A program made the translations under genes and the position numbers. A stretch of DNA of 64,000 nucleotides. Source: a bacterium. GTDB lineage: Bacteria > UBA8248. Below, piece after piece: positions 1 through 12,315 of this stretch. The notes under the pieces were generated by a model, which was not told the origin of the DNA, ran no database searches, and saw nothing but the letters and a program-made list of their open reading frames with translations. Numbering within the stretch: the stretch's first letter is position 1; every line of letters begins with the position of its first letter. The DNA is taken from positions 320,001 through 384,000 of the forward strand of contig CBDBZY010000016.1 in assembly GCA_965213685.1 (NCBI GenBank). The letters run 5' to 3'.

Positions 1-338
1 CACTAATGACCTGATTAAAGAGTGTGACTATAACACAGGACTCACAGACATTGTGGTCAAAAGCTAAGATGGGAGCTATTGCTGGTGGTGCAGGAGCAAT
101 CGGTCTGTCTCTGATGCCAGTTGCACTTGCTATTCATGTTATGAGTGATTAAAAAGTGAGTATAAAAATGGCAGTAGCCATATCAGTCGCCACTGCACCA
201 ATCAGCCTCATATGTGCTCCAGTTACTGCTACTGTGGGTGGAGTTTGGTTTGCTAGGCAAATGATCAATTTGTGCTACCACAGTGGAGACCTGTCCCCAG
301 AGAGTGATGATGAGACGTCATGTGACTCCACAGAATGA
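1..338 (+). pseudogene. 3' end of a GBP-FN3-TM copy (partial at window edge), disrupted
   Basis: Nearly identical to 14094-14430. It has an extra A (ctgattaaag versus ctgattaag, ~17-19) and TAA at 150-152 where copy B has AAA. The lesions could also be sequencing errors. Confidence 0.75.
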
Positions 339-877
339 CATGACCATACTCTATGGCTAGCTATAGCTGCTCTTGTGTGTACACGTTCATGTACTCTCAT
401 ACCTGCCACAATACACACAACATGCACATGTATTTTGATATGGAGTGGATGTAACTGACAAGGACAGTTATTATCAATACAAGCCTTGTTTATATGACAT
501 TGTTAGCATGACATTGTGTTGGCATGGCAACAGCATATAAATGAGAACCCATCAGTAGTGTGGGTGGAGCCAGAGAGGTCACCAGTGGGTAGCACACACA
601 GCAGTGATCATCACTGGTTGTCGTGATGAGATGGGCCCCTGTCATCAACTACAATTATTATGGAGTTGCCATGTCCCCAGGCACAGAGCAGTGCTAGCCT
701 CATTCCCAGGCCTTCCCCCACATGCCAGCACAACACCACACCCAGCATGGTGGAGTGCTTGTGTGTGGGGGGCAGTCTGGGAACAAGGCTAGAGTCATGT
801 GGATTGATGCATAACAAATGACCATAAACATTATACACTGTAGTGGTGAATGTTATGAGCACTGCTAGTGATGAGTA

Positions 878-997
878 TCATGACTTGTGTTCCTCTGTGG
901 TGACTGAGTGTTGAGGTGATTGTGGTTCTCTCGGTCTGATCCACAGCAGCGGGAACATTCCAATCAAACATCTGATGATGATACCAGCACAGCGACC
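878..997 (-). pseudogene. TMEM65: Orphan copy of TMEM65 last exon
   Basis: GRCAGIIIRCLIGMFPLLWIRPREPQSPQHSVTTEEHKS; splice acceptor mutated AG->TG. Confidence 0.8.
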
Positions 998-1532
998 CAG
1001 AGACGGGGGAAGAGGAGGATGAGAAAGGGAGTAACCAGAGGAAGAGATACATGTATGAGAGTGGAAGCAGATAAGCAGGCTGGCAGGCCAAAGGCAGGCA
1101 GACAGATACAGACAGACATGGCATTTTGACTCCATAGAATAACATGACAATGGCTCCCCTTGTGTGGTAGTACAACCTCTTGCACTCTCATACGTGCCAT
1201 ATAGCCTCGTTCCCAGGCTCTTTTCGGGCCTGGATACGAGGCTAACCTAAACATCACATCAACCAGGTCCTTGCACCACCCCACCAGGCGGGCCACTGAA
1301 TGTACCTGGCGTCCAACACTGTTGTTACGCTCAAAATATGCCATTTGCTGACTGAACTAAGTCAAACAATTACATGTACACAATGATCATACCCTAGCAG
1401 ATGGCGGCGGTACTTTAGACCACAGAATATCAATGACTAGACATCATTAGCGTATTCTCACAAGCCTCCAATCTACCTGCATATTTACTAGAGATCTATG
1501 GACCAGCCAAGAATGCGGATAATTATATCACT

Positions 1533-2456
1533 CAAGCCCGTAGGCAGCAAACGAAGTGGGCGGGTGCTTTTTTTGATTAAGTGGACCTTAAATAAGGCTA
1601 ACTTACTCATTCAGAGAATGTTACAATTACATGAAGTAGTGTGTCATACACTTTTCAAAGGTGGTGTACACTTACAAATTTTTTACAATAAACTGTTAAG
1701 TATCGGGGGTGACTCCTGAACAAAAGTTGAGTGGTTTCTAAGGGCTAAGAATTTGCTGCAGACAAAAGACTGCAGTAGTTAGGGGGGTAGTCTCGCGAGC
1801 CATACGTATTTTCAAAACGTAGGCGACGCGCGCGAGACTACTTAGGGGGGTCTGGGGGCATGAGCCCCCAGGAAAAGTTTGAAAATCAGGCCTCCAGAGA
1901 TTGAATCTGAGCCATATATTGAGCAGTTGTGCAAACAAAATCAAAATTAATGTCACCTTGAATTCTCACCGCTAATAATCAGTACGCACGAGTAGCGCTA
2001 CGCTCGGCGGTAAAAATTAATGGCGGGCAAAGTTTGACCAGTTTCCAGAACCCCCAGAAACCCCCCAGGAGCCGCCACTGAGTATCGTACACACAGACGT
2101 ATAATGCTACTTATATGCGCAAAGACTCTAATTCAAGCATCATTGGTTCACGTACTCACGCAGTACAGTAAGCATGTGGGTAGTCTCGTGAACCAGACCG
2201 TATTCCGTGAACGCGCATGCGCGAGCGAAAGGGGGAGGGGAGGAAGGGCTATACTTTCGCTCGCGCATGAGCGTTCACCGAGTACAGTCTGGTTCACGAG
2301 ACTACATGTAGCATGTGGGCAAACATGCGTATAATTGTATTACTCAATGCTTTGAAAGTAGGCTCGCTCCGCACGCGTCAAATGCTCAAGGTGGACCTCT
2401 GTGCAAACGGGGCGGGTGCGTACGCACCCTACGCACCCCCCCTGCCTACGAGCTTG
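1533..2456. mobile_element. Non-autonomous DNA transposon with 5-bp TSD and nested elements
   Basis: TIR caagcccgtaggcag / ctgcctacgagcttg; TCACT on both sides (1528-1532, 2457-2461). Confidence 0.75.
2180..2305. mobile_element. Palindromic mini-MITE
   Basis: 52-bp arms gtagtctcgtgaaccagac...gcgagcgaaag with 4 mismatches around a 22-nt loop. Confidence 0.75.
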
Positions 2457-2748
2457 TCACTGTTACCTACAATGTACTGCCCATTCGCTACTGCCCGCTA
2501 TTGAACACCAGCACCGTGTAGCGCCATATACGCTAAATATTGATGGTAGCTATTTGCTAAACACCAAAGCTATTTACTAAACATCCACCCCTTTGCTATA
2601 TCCCCTTAAAAATAGGGTTTTCAAATTTGGGCAAACAGCACGTTACAGCATAGATAGCTATCTATGGTCGCAGCAGTGTGGGGGAAGTCCCTACGTTTAG
2701 AACGCGACGCACAGGTATTAGAGCCCACCGGTAGCTTTGCTCATCTAC

Positions 2749-4878
2749 ATGGCTGCCTCTGTAGCCATAGCTGAGGATGTTAGTGCCTCCTCCCTCACCC
2801 CTCGAGACCTCACCCTCCCTGGTAGGTCCCTCCCTCCTGCCATGCCCCTCATCATCTCCACCCAAGACAGGTGGGACCCTCACAGCTGCAAGCTGGAGAC
2901 TCACCAGCACAACAGCCAACCACAATACCTACAGCTAGTCACAGACACTCTACAACTGCTGGGAACCATCAACAAGCCTGTGGCTGTCCTGTCCATCTGT
3001 GGCCCCTACCGCTCGGGGAAGTCCTACTTCATCTCCCGACTGCTGGGCAGGCCTGGGGCCTTTCAGCTGGGCCACAGGATGCAAGCCTGTACACGTGGAA
3101 TCTGGATGGCCACCACTGTCCTGGAGTGTGAGCAGTTTGTCACGATCTTGCTGGACACGGAAGGCATTGATGCCATTAGAGCCTCCGAGACCATGGATGC
3201 GAGCTTGCTGACTGTCACCACACTCCTCAGCTCCTACCTCATCTACAACTCCATGAAGGTGCCCCAGAAGGTGGATCTGGACAAGATGAGGTGCTTCACC
3301 CAGCTCTCCAGGTCTCTGCTTGTGCAGAAAGGGGAGTCCATGAGGGCAGAGGTCATGAGGAAGTTCTTCCCTCACTTTCTGTGGCTGCTGCGAGACGTGA
3401 CACTGAAAGTGATAGACAGAGCCGGCCAGACCATCTCAGCCACTGAGTTCCTGCACACTCGTGTGCTGGCATCACAATCTGGCCAGCCTACAGAGATGGG
3501 CAAGTCTCTTTGCAGCCTCTTCCCCTCACTGGAATGCCACACTCTTCCCATGCCAAGCATCAACCCCAAAGTCATCAAGAACATTGTGGAGCAACAGGAC
3601 AAGCTGAAACCAGCATTCAACAAGGCAGTGGATGAGCTGATCCAGCGAATCCTGCAGCAAGTCATGCCCAAGAAAGCCATCGATGGAGTGAGTGTGGTGG
3701 ATGGCCCAGCTCTAGCTGCTCTGACCTGTGGCTATGTGGATGCCATCAACACGCCAGGAGCAATACCAGACCTGGAACAAGGCTGGCAGGCCGTCATCAA
3801 GTGGAAACTGAAGGAACTATCAGACAAGCTAGTGGAGGAGTACAGGAGAGAGATGGAGGAATGTTTAGGAGAAAATCTTCCCATGGAGGAGAGAAATCTG
3901 ATGAGAATCCACCAACAGACACTGAGCAGGAAAAGGGAGTCACTGCAGCAGGAGATCTGTCGACTCAAGGCATTGAGTTCCACCTCTGGAGACAAAGACC
4001 CAATCCTCAGTCAACTGGAGCAGGCAATCAGTCAGACAAACGAGGGGGGCGAGGTGATTGGGGGGGTCCTGTTCCAGTTCACCACTCACAACTACTCCAA
4101 GTCCAAGCAGCAGTGTGAAGAGGTGCTGATGGAAGCACTGAAGAGCAGTGGAATTTACAAAAAGTGTCAAGAAGCCTTCATCAACTCACAGCCACTGGAC
4201 ATAATGGCAGAGATACAGGAGATTGACAGGCAATACCACAAGCAAGCTGTTGGACCAGCAGCCAGTGAAGTGCTGGAGAAAGGTCACAGAGAACTGAACC
4301 AACTGGGAGACTCACTCAAGAGAATTCCTGGCCCACCTCATGAGGTGAGGGACATTGGACGAGGATCTGATCGAGTGAAGCTGAGGTGGCAACCTCCAAA
4401 GAAGAACCCTGAGGCTGCTGAGAGCTATGTGGTGTGGAAACAAGAGGAGGGGAAGCAGTGGGAGAGGGTGAGGGAGACAAAGAAGACCAAAATCCTCATC
4501 ACTGGACTGAAGTCAGACACAGACTACCAGTTCAGAGTCACAGCCACTAATGACCTGATTAAGAGTGTGGCTACAACACAGGACTCATGTACAATGGAGT
4601 CAAAAGCTAAGGTGGGAGCTCAAGGTGGTGGTAAAGGAGCACTTGCACTTGCATTGTCCCCAGTTTTAGGTTATGATGCTATGACTGAAGGAGACATGAG
4701 TACAAGAAAAGTAGTAGCCATATCACTCGCCACTGCACCAATCAGCCTCATATGTGCTCCAGTTACTGCTACTGTGGGTGCAGTTTGGGCTGCTAGGGAG
4801 TTCATCAAGGAAGAGTGCTACAGTGGAGACCTGTCCCCAGAGAGTGATGATGAGACGTCATGTGACTCCACAGAATGA
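2749..4878 (+). CDS. GBP/atlastin-family large GTPase with FN3 domain and C-terminal hydrophobic hairpin, copy A (intronless)
   Basis: G1 GPYRSGKS, G2 CTRGIW, G3 LLDTEG, G4 WLLRD; helical stalk; FN3 (PGPP..VKLRW..YVV..GLKSDTDYQFRVTATN); two hydrophobic segments; acidic tail. First ATG at 2749. Confidence 0.92.
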   Translation: MAASVAIAEDVSASSLTPRDLTLPGRSLPPAMPLIISTQDRWDPHSCKLETHQHNSQPQYLQLVTDTLQLLGTINKPVAVLSICGPYRSGKSYFISRLLGRPGAFQLGHRMQACTRGIWMATTVLECEQFVTILLDTEGIDAIRASETMDASLLTVTTLLSSYLIYNSMKVPQKVDLDKMRCFTQLSRSLLVQKGESMRAEVMRKFFPHFLWLLRDVTLKVIDRAGQTISATEFLHTRVLASQSGQPTEMGKSLCSLFPSLECHTLPMPSINPKVIKNIVEQQDKLKPAFNKAVDELIQRILQQVMPKKAIDGVSVVDGPALAALTCGYVDAINTPGAIPDLEQGWQAVIKWKLKELSDKLVEEYRREMEECLGENLPMEERNLMRIHQQTLSRKRESLQQEICRLKALSSTSGDKDPILSQLEQAISQTNEGGEVIGGVLFQFTTHNYSKSKQQCEEVLMEALKSSGIYKKCQEAFINSQPLDIMAEIQEIDRQYHKQAVGPAASEVLEKGHRELNQLGDSLKRIPGPPHEVRDIGRGSDRVKLRWQPPKKNPEAAESYVVWKQEEGKQWERVRETKKTKILITGLKSDTDYQFRVTATNDLIKSVATTQDSCTMESKAKVGAQGGGKGALALALSPVLGYDAMTEGDMSTRKVVAISLATAPISLICAPVTATVGAVWAAREFIKEECYSGDLSPESDDETSCDSTE

Positions 4879-5719
4879 CATGACCATACTCTATGGCTAG
4901 CTATAGCTGCTCTTGTGTGTACACGTTCATGTACTCTCATACCTGCCACAATACACACAACATGCACATGTATTTTGATATATTATGGAGTGGATGCAAC
5001 TCAATACAAGCTTTGATACTATGACATTGTGTTGGCATGGCAACAGCAGACCCTGAGTGAGCATCCATAGTGTGGGTGGAGCCAAAGAGGTCACCAGTGG
5101 GTAGCACACACAGCAGTGATCATCACTGGTTGTCATGACGAGATGGGCCATGTAAATAATTACGTAGTTGCTATAACATGTCACTGTCTGTATCGGCTCC
5201 GGGGCAATCTGATTGGTCATTAATAATAATTTTGATTCTTCTCATCACATGATTTGCTTGCATTGTCACATGACTTGGTTTCTGAGTTCTGGTTGGTGGC
5301 TAAATGGTGGCTGCTACTCAACTTCAGTGGCAAAGGTGTGAGGGGGGAGGGGTGAGGAGGGGAGGGGGAGGATGGGGAGGGTGATTGTGAGAGTCTTTTT
5401 GCTCTTGTCAAACTTTGCTCTCCCATTGAGTTGGTCTACTGGGTAAGAGAGGGCCACCTGGAATGAGTTAAGGGAGGGAGGGAAAGAGGGAGAGAGAGGA
5501 AGGGAGGAAGGGAGGAAGGGAGGAAGGGAGTGGGAAAGGGAAGGAGAAAAGGAGAGGGAGGGAGGGGGAAAAGGGAGAGGAAGAGAGGGAGGGAAGGAGA
5601 GGGAGGGAGGGAGGGAGAAGGTAAGATGTTGCTAGGATACATCCAGGAGGTATGGTGGTGTTTTGTTCTGAAGTAGCAGCTGTTTCTCAAACACATCCAA
5701 TTCCACATCTGCTGCAGAG

Positions 5720-5969
<250 letters not shown>

Positions 5970-6112
5970 ATGAAAGAAGAGAGAGAGCTCACCTCCCCCC
6001 CACACAGCCACCCTCCCCTCCACTCACTCACCTGGACCACTCACCACTCCAGGCAGCTCCACACACACTACCATCTCCTTCGGTCTCCTCCCTCTCCTGG
6101 ACCCCCCGTCAT

Positions 6113-6411
6113 CAGGCCTGTAGCCAGGGGGGGGGGGGGTTCGGGTGGTTCGATCGAACCCCCTAAATAATACTCGCCCACAGTGACTTCTCTTACACGA
6201 TGCATGCGTACGCGCTACGCGTAGAGTAAAGATGGCTAGTGGAGCTATGTCCATGGAGACTTCAACTTAGTAGCGTACTTTTAGGGTCAAATATCATTTT
6301 TCATTGTACTGTTGCATTTGGAATGTCGTCAATTGCGGGGCAGCGAGGGTGGGCGGGGCAATGGGTGGGACTTATAGAACCCCCTAAGCTGGGAGGTTGG
6401 CTATGGGCCTG
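6113..6411. mobile_element. MITE with 5-bp TSD inserted in a DNAAF2 exon
   Basis: TIR caggcctgtagcca / tggctatgggcctg; TSD GTCAT; empty site visible in copy 3 (~31293). Confidence 0.85.
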
Positions 6412-8108
6412 GTCATTAGTGAAGTCCTCCATAGCAACCTCCCCTCTGTAGGTGAGGGTGTAGGATGGTTGGGGAGGGGGGGAGGAGGAGGAGGGGGAGG
6501 AGGTGGAGGAGTGCTTTTTTCTTTTCTCTCTGTTCCTTTTGGTGGGTTTCTTCTCTTTGGGAGTGAGAAATTTGAAAGAGGAGGGAAGGAGAGGGAGGGA
6601 GGGAGGCACAGAGAGAGGGAGGGAGGGAGGCAGGAAGAGAGGGAGAGTAGGCGGCAGCGTATACATAATGCAGTCAAGTGTACATGATTGTGTGTTTGTG
6701 GACTGCACACAATGTACATGTGCAATACAACAATAATAGAGTTGCTAGGTTACCACATGAGGTCACTCACTCTGTGCTGTCTGAGCTGAGGGGAGGGTAT
6801 GGGATAGGGAATGGGAGGGAGGAGGAGGAGGAGGAGGAGGAGGAGGAGGAGGTGGGGGAGGAGGAAGAGGAGGAGGAGGAGGAGGTGGGGGAGGAGGAGA
6901 AGGAAGGAGAGGAGGCACCTTTGGACTGGAGGAGAGAGAGAAGAGGGTCAGTCACTCACTCACACAAAAATTCCTCCTTCTCTATTGGGTCAAACGTAAG
7001 GCCTGATGCTGCATATTCCTGCATGTACCCTTTGGTGCAAGCTTTCTAAATTTGGCAACAGTTGCATAGTAAATTTGGTAACATTACATCATGACAATGC
7101 TTTCCCTTCATAACTAACTTTTGAATGCTTTTTTTATTTTCCCTGATGACAGTTGGGTGTGGTTTGCCCTTATAAGGCATCTTGAGGAACTTCATTTTGG
7201 CGGTGTCGACCTTTCCCCCGTCCTTTGTCTCTATGGCTTCAATCACCGTGTCGATCAGCAGCTGCATGAACCTGGGATACTAGGGAGAGGAGGAGGGGGG
7301 AGGGGAAGGAGGGAGGGAGGGAGGAAGAGAGGGAGGGGAGGAGGGGAGGAGGGAGGGAGGGAGGGAGGGAGGGCGGAATGGGGAAATTTGCAACACACCA
7401 CAAAACTTGGTCAGTAGTGATGTGTACATGGATCACAGTGTTGAGCATGCAATGATCATGTGATGATCACATGGTGGTCATGTGACTCCTACCTTCTGCC
7501 CTCTCTTGTAGATGTGTGGGTTGAACACCATGTCAATCACCACACACCTCTTCCCAGCTGCAGGGAGGCAGGGAGGGAGGGAGGGAGCAGCGGCTGAGAA
7601 TGATCACCAGTGCACTCAGAAATACACCCCTCCCTCCCTACATCCCTCCCACTATCCTCACATCCCTCCCTTACTTTCTCCCTCCCTCCCTCCCTCCCTC
7701 CCTCCCTCCCTCCCTCCATCCCCCTATCCCCACCTCCCTCACATTCTCCCTCTCTTCCTCCCCCCTCCATCCATCCCCTCTCCCCCCCCTCCCTCCCAAC
7801 ATCCCTTTCTCCCTCCCTTCCTCCCTCCCTCTCTCTCCTCCTTTCTCCCCCCCTCCCTCCCTCTCTCTCCCCCTCCCCCCCCTCCCCCCCTCCCTCCCTC
7901 CTTCCCCCCCTCCCACACACTTGTCCAGGTCCTCTCTGTCGGGGGTGATGGAGTACGGGATCTGCCACTGCTACCCACGTTTCTTACTGCTCCCTTTACC
8001 AGCCACACATGTTGCCGTAGAAACCACATCACTCTGACAGGCATTAATGAATGTCTTGCGGTGACCAGGTTCAACAAATACCTTCATTACGAACCCAGGC
8101 TGTGTGTG

Positions 8109-8221
<113 letters not shown>

Positions 8222-8422
8222 AAAAGAGAGAGCAAAACTATAAAAGAAAAGTTGGCCAAATGTCGGCCGAAGTTGGACAAGCGATTCAGTCATATTCCTG
8301 TGACCCTTATCAGTGACAAAATAATTTATGGCCAGTGTACATTGATTAGTATTAAAGTTACAGTAACACACAACTGCACATGGAGAAAGGCTTGGGAATA
8401 TTTTTAGAGAACTGTGAAAAAC

Positions 8423-8493
8423 TGGCAGCCACCTGGGATTGAACCGGGGGCCTCTGACTTCTGTCAGTGCTCTACCACCTGAGCTATGGCCAC
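8423..8493 (-). pseudogene. tRNA-like / tRNA-derived SINE head
   Basis: A box TAGCTCAGGTGG, B box GGTTCAATCCC; acceptor, D and T stems form, but the anticodon loop is only 4 nt. Confidence 0.65.
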
Positions 8494-8576
8494 CGGGTGA
8501 CAGCCAGCCTTCACAATTCTCAATATCACTCCGTACATATATGTGCACATATCATGCACACACGTCCTAACAGTAG

Positions 8577-9125
8577 GGGGTCGGCCCAGCACAGCCAGCA
8601 AGGCCGGTACTGGTGGGGGGTCGGCCCAGCACAGCCGGCGAGGCCGGTACTGGTGGGGGGTCAGCTCAGCACAGCCAATACTGGTGGGGGGTCAGCCCAG
8701 CACAGCCGGCGAGGCCGGTACTGGTGGAGGGTCGGCCCAGCACAGCCGGCGAGGCCGGTACTGGTGGGGGGTCGGCCCAGCACAGCCGGCGAGGCCGGTA
8801 CTGGTGGGGGGTCGGCCCAGCACAGCCGGCGAGGCCGGTACTGGTGGGGGGTCGGCCCAGCACAGCCGGCGAGGCCGGTACTGGTGGGGGGTCGGCCCAG
8901 CACAGCCGGCGAGGCCGGTACTGGTGGGGGGTCGGCCCAGCACAGCCGGCGAGGCCGGTACTGGTGGGGGGTCGGCCCAGCACAGCCGGCGAGGCCGGTA
9001 CTGGTGGGGGGTCGGCCCAGCACAGCCGGCGAGGCCGGTACTGGTGGAGGGTCGGCCCAGCACAGCCGGCGAGGCCGGTACTGGTGGAGGGTCGGCCCAG
9101 CACAGCTGGTGAGGCCGGTACTGGC
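8577..9125 (+). repeat. 40-bp GC-rich minisatellite, ~13-14 units
   Basis: Unit gtcggcccagcacagccggcgaggccggtactggtggggg repeated head-to-tail without spacers. Confidence 0.95.
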
Positions 9126-9272
9126 ATCCTGTGCACTGAGTGGCTCCTCAACAGCCTGGCCTGAGGGTTGCCATGGAGACCAGGGAGGTGTGGTTCTGTA
9201 ATGCCCACGTACCAGTCTTGGCTAGTATGGCATGCCACACACCATCAGGTGATACCAGCACAAGCAGCAGAG

Positions 9273-9366
<94 letters not shown>

Positions 9367-9987
9367 AGGTGAGTGTCTGCCTCCCTCCCTCCCTCACTGT
9401 GGGGTTGATGAACTTGACCTCCTGCCCTCTCATCCTCTCCAGCTCAGTCATCTCATGCTCATAGCGCTGGAGATGAGAGAGACAAAGAAAGTAAGCTCTC
9501 TCCCTCTCTCTCTCTGTCTCCCTCCTTCCTTTCTCCACAAAACTCACTCTCCTGTTCTCTGGGTCCTCAATCTCTTTTGCATACTCCACAAGCAGCTTCC
9601 GAAACTCCTCCTCCTTCAGAGCCTTTTGGAAGGACTTGATCTCCTGTGGAGGCAGAGACTGGAGGTGGGGACACACTCGCTGGCCAGACAGAGACATAAG
9701 GCATTTGGCTAACGGGCTAGCGAGACTACACGCAGAGGAACGCAGTGACGAGTGCAGCTGGAGGGAAATGCTGTTAGAAAAAGCTGATTAAAATGTGAGT
9801 TCTTGTTCATGCGAGGCATGGCAACGGATACCCACTGACTGGTGCAGAGCTACAGTGGCATTCTAATTAAAGCACACCAGTAGCTATGCCAGTTGCAAGA
9901 GGTAAATACTCCTCCACAGCGCGCTCGACCTCTCGTTCGGTACGACCTCGCCAGTCTCACCTCTTCCGTCACCTTAAAGTCTGCCAT

Positions 9988-10156
9988 AGCAGCGGAAGAA
10001 TCGCCACACGGTCTGGGCAAACACGAAAGCAAAGTATACTAACGTGTACGGTGAGTTGCTTCCGTGTATGTCGAGTATCCGGTAAATGGGTGGGGCTGTA
10101 GTACGAGTTGCAGCTCACAGTAGTGTGGCTTACTGAGCTAGGAGAAAAGCGTAGCG
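9988..10156. promoter_or_regulatory. Probable bidirectional promoter DNAAF2/ICAP-1
   Basis: Divergent start codons only ~170 bp apart; CpG-rich. Confidence 0.6.
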
Positions 10157-12093
<1,937 letters not shown>

Positions 12094-12315
12094 CCTGTGT
12101 ATTGTGTCATTATCTGTACTACCACTATTACATCATGGTTTAAAATGACCAATCAAAACCTACTGCCCATATAAGGATCCCCTGCTGCTACAACCCTGAC
12201 ATGAATATAATTATGGTTTGCTATGCTTAGCAATTCTATAACGTGTAGCAAGAGAGAAGCACTAGAAATCACCACTTTCTCATTGCCTCGCTCCAGTACC
12301 AAACAGCTACCAGCG

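Noticed and set aside
2737-2748. ORF-track non-ATG starts for copies A, E and G
   Set aside because: These are TTG starts in a eukaryote; the downstream ATGs align across paralogs.
2950-4170. Antisense and alternate-frame ORFs recurring in every GBP copy
   Set aside because: Shadows of the near-identical GBP coding sequence; their boundaries vary and they carry no recognisable domain.
4560-4830. Diversity-generating retroelement (adenine-directed variable repeat)
   Set aside because: No reverse transcriptase or invariant template repeat; differences involve all bases and in-frame indels.
8423-8493. Functional tRNA gene
   Set aside because: Anticodon loop is only 4 nt and the T stem has a mismatch.
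8577-9125. Possible CRISPR array or repeat-protein ORFs
   Set aside because: Units are contiguous with no unique spacers, there are no cas genes and the context is a eukaryotic intron. Open frames on both strands are a by-product of the stop-free repeat.
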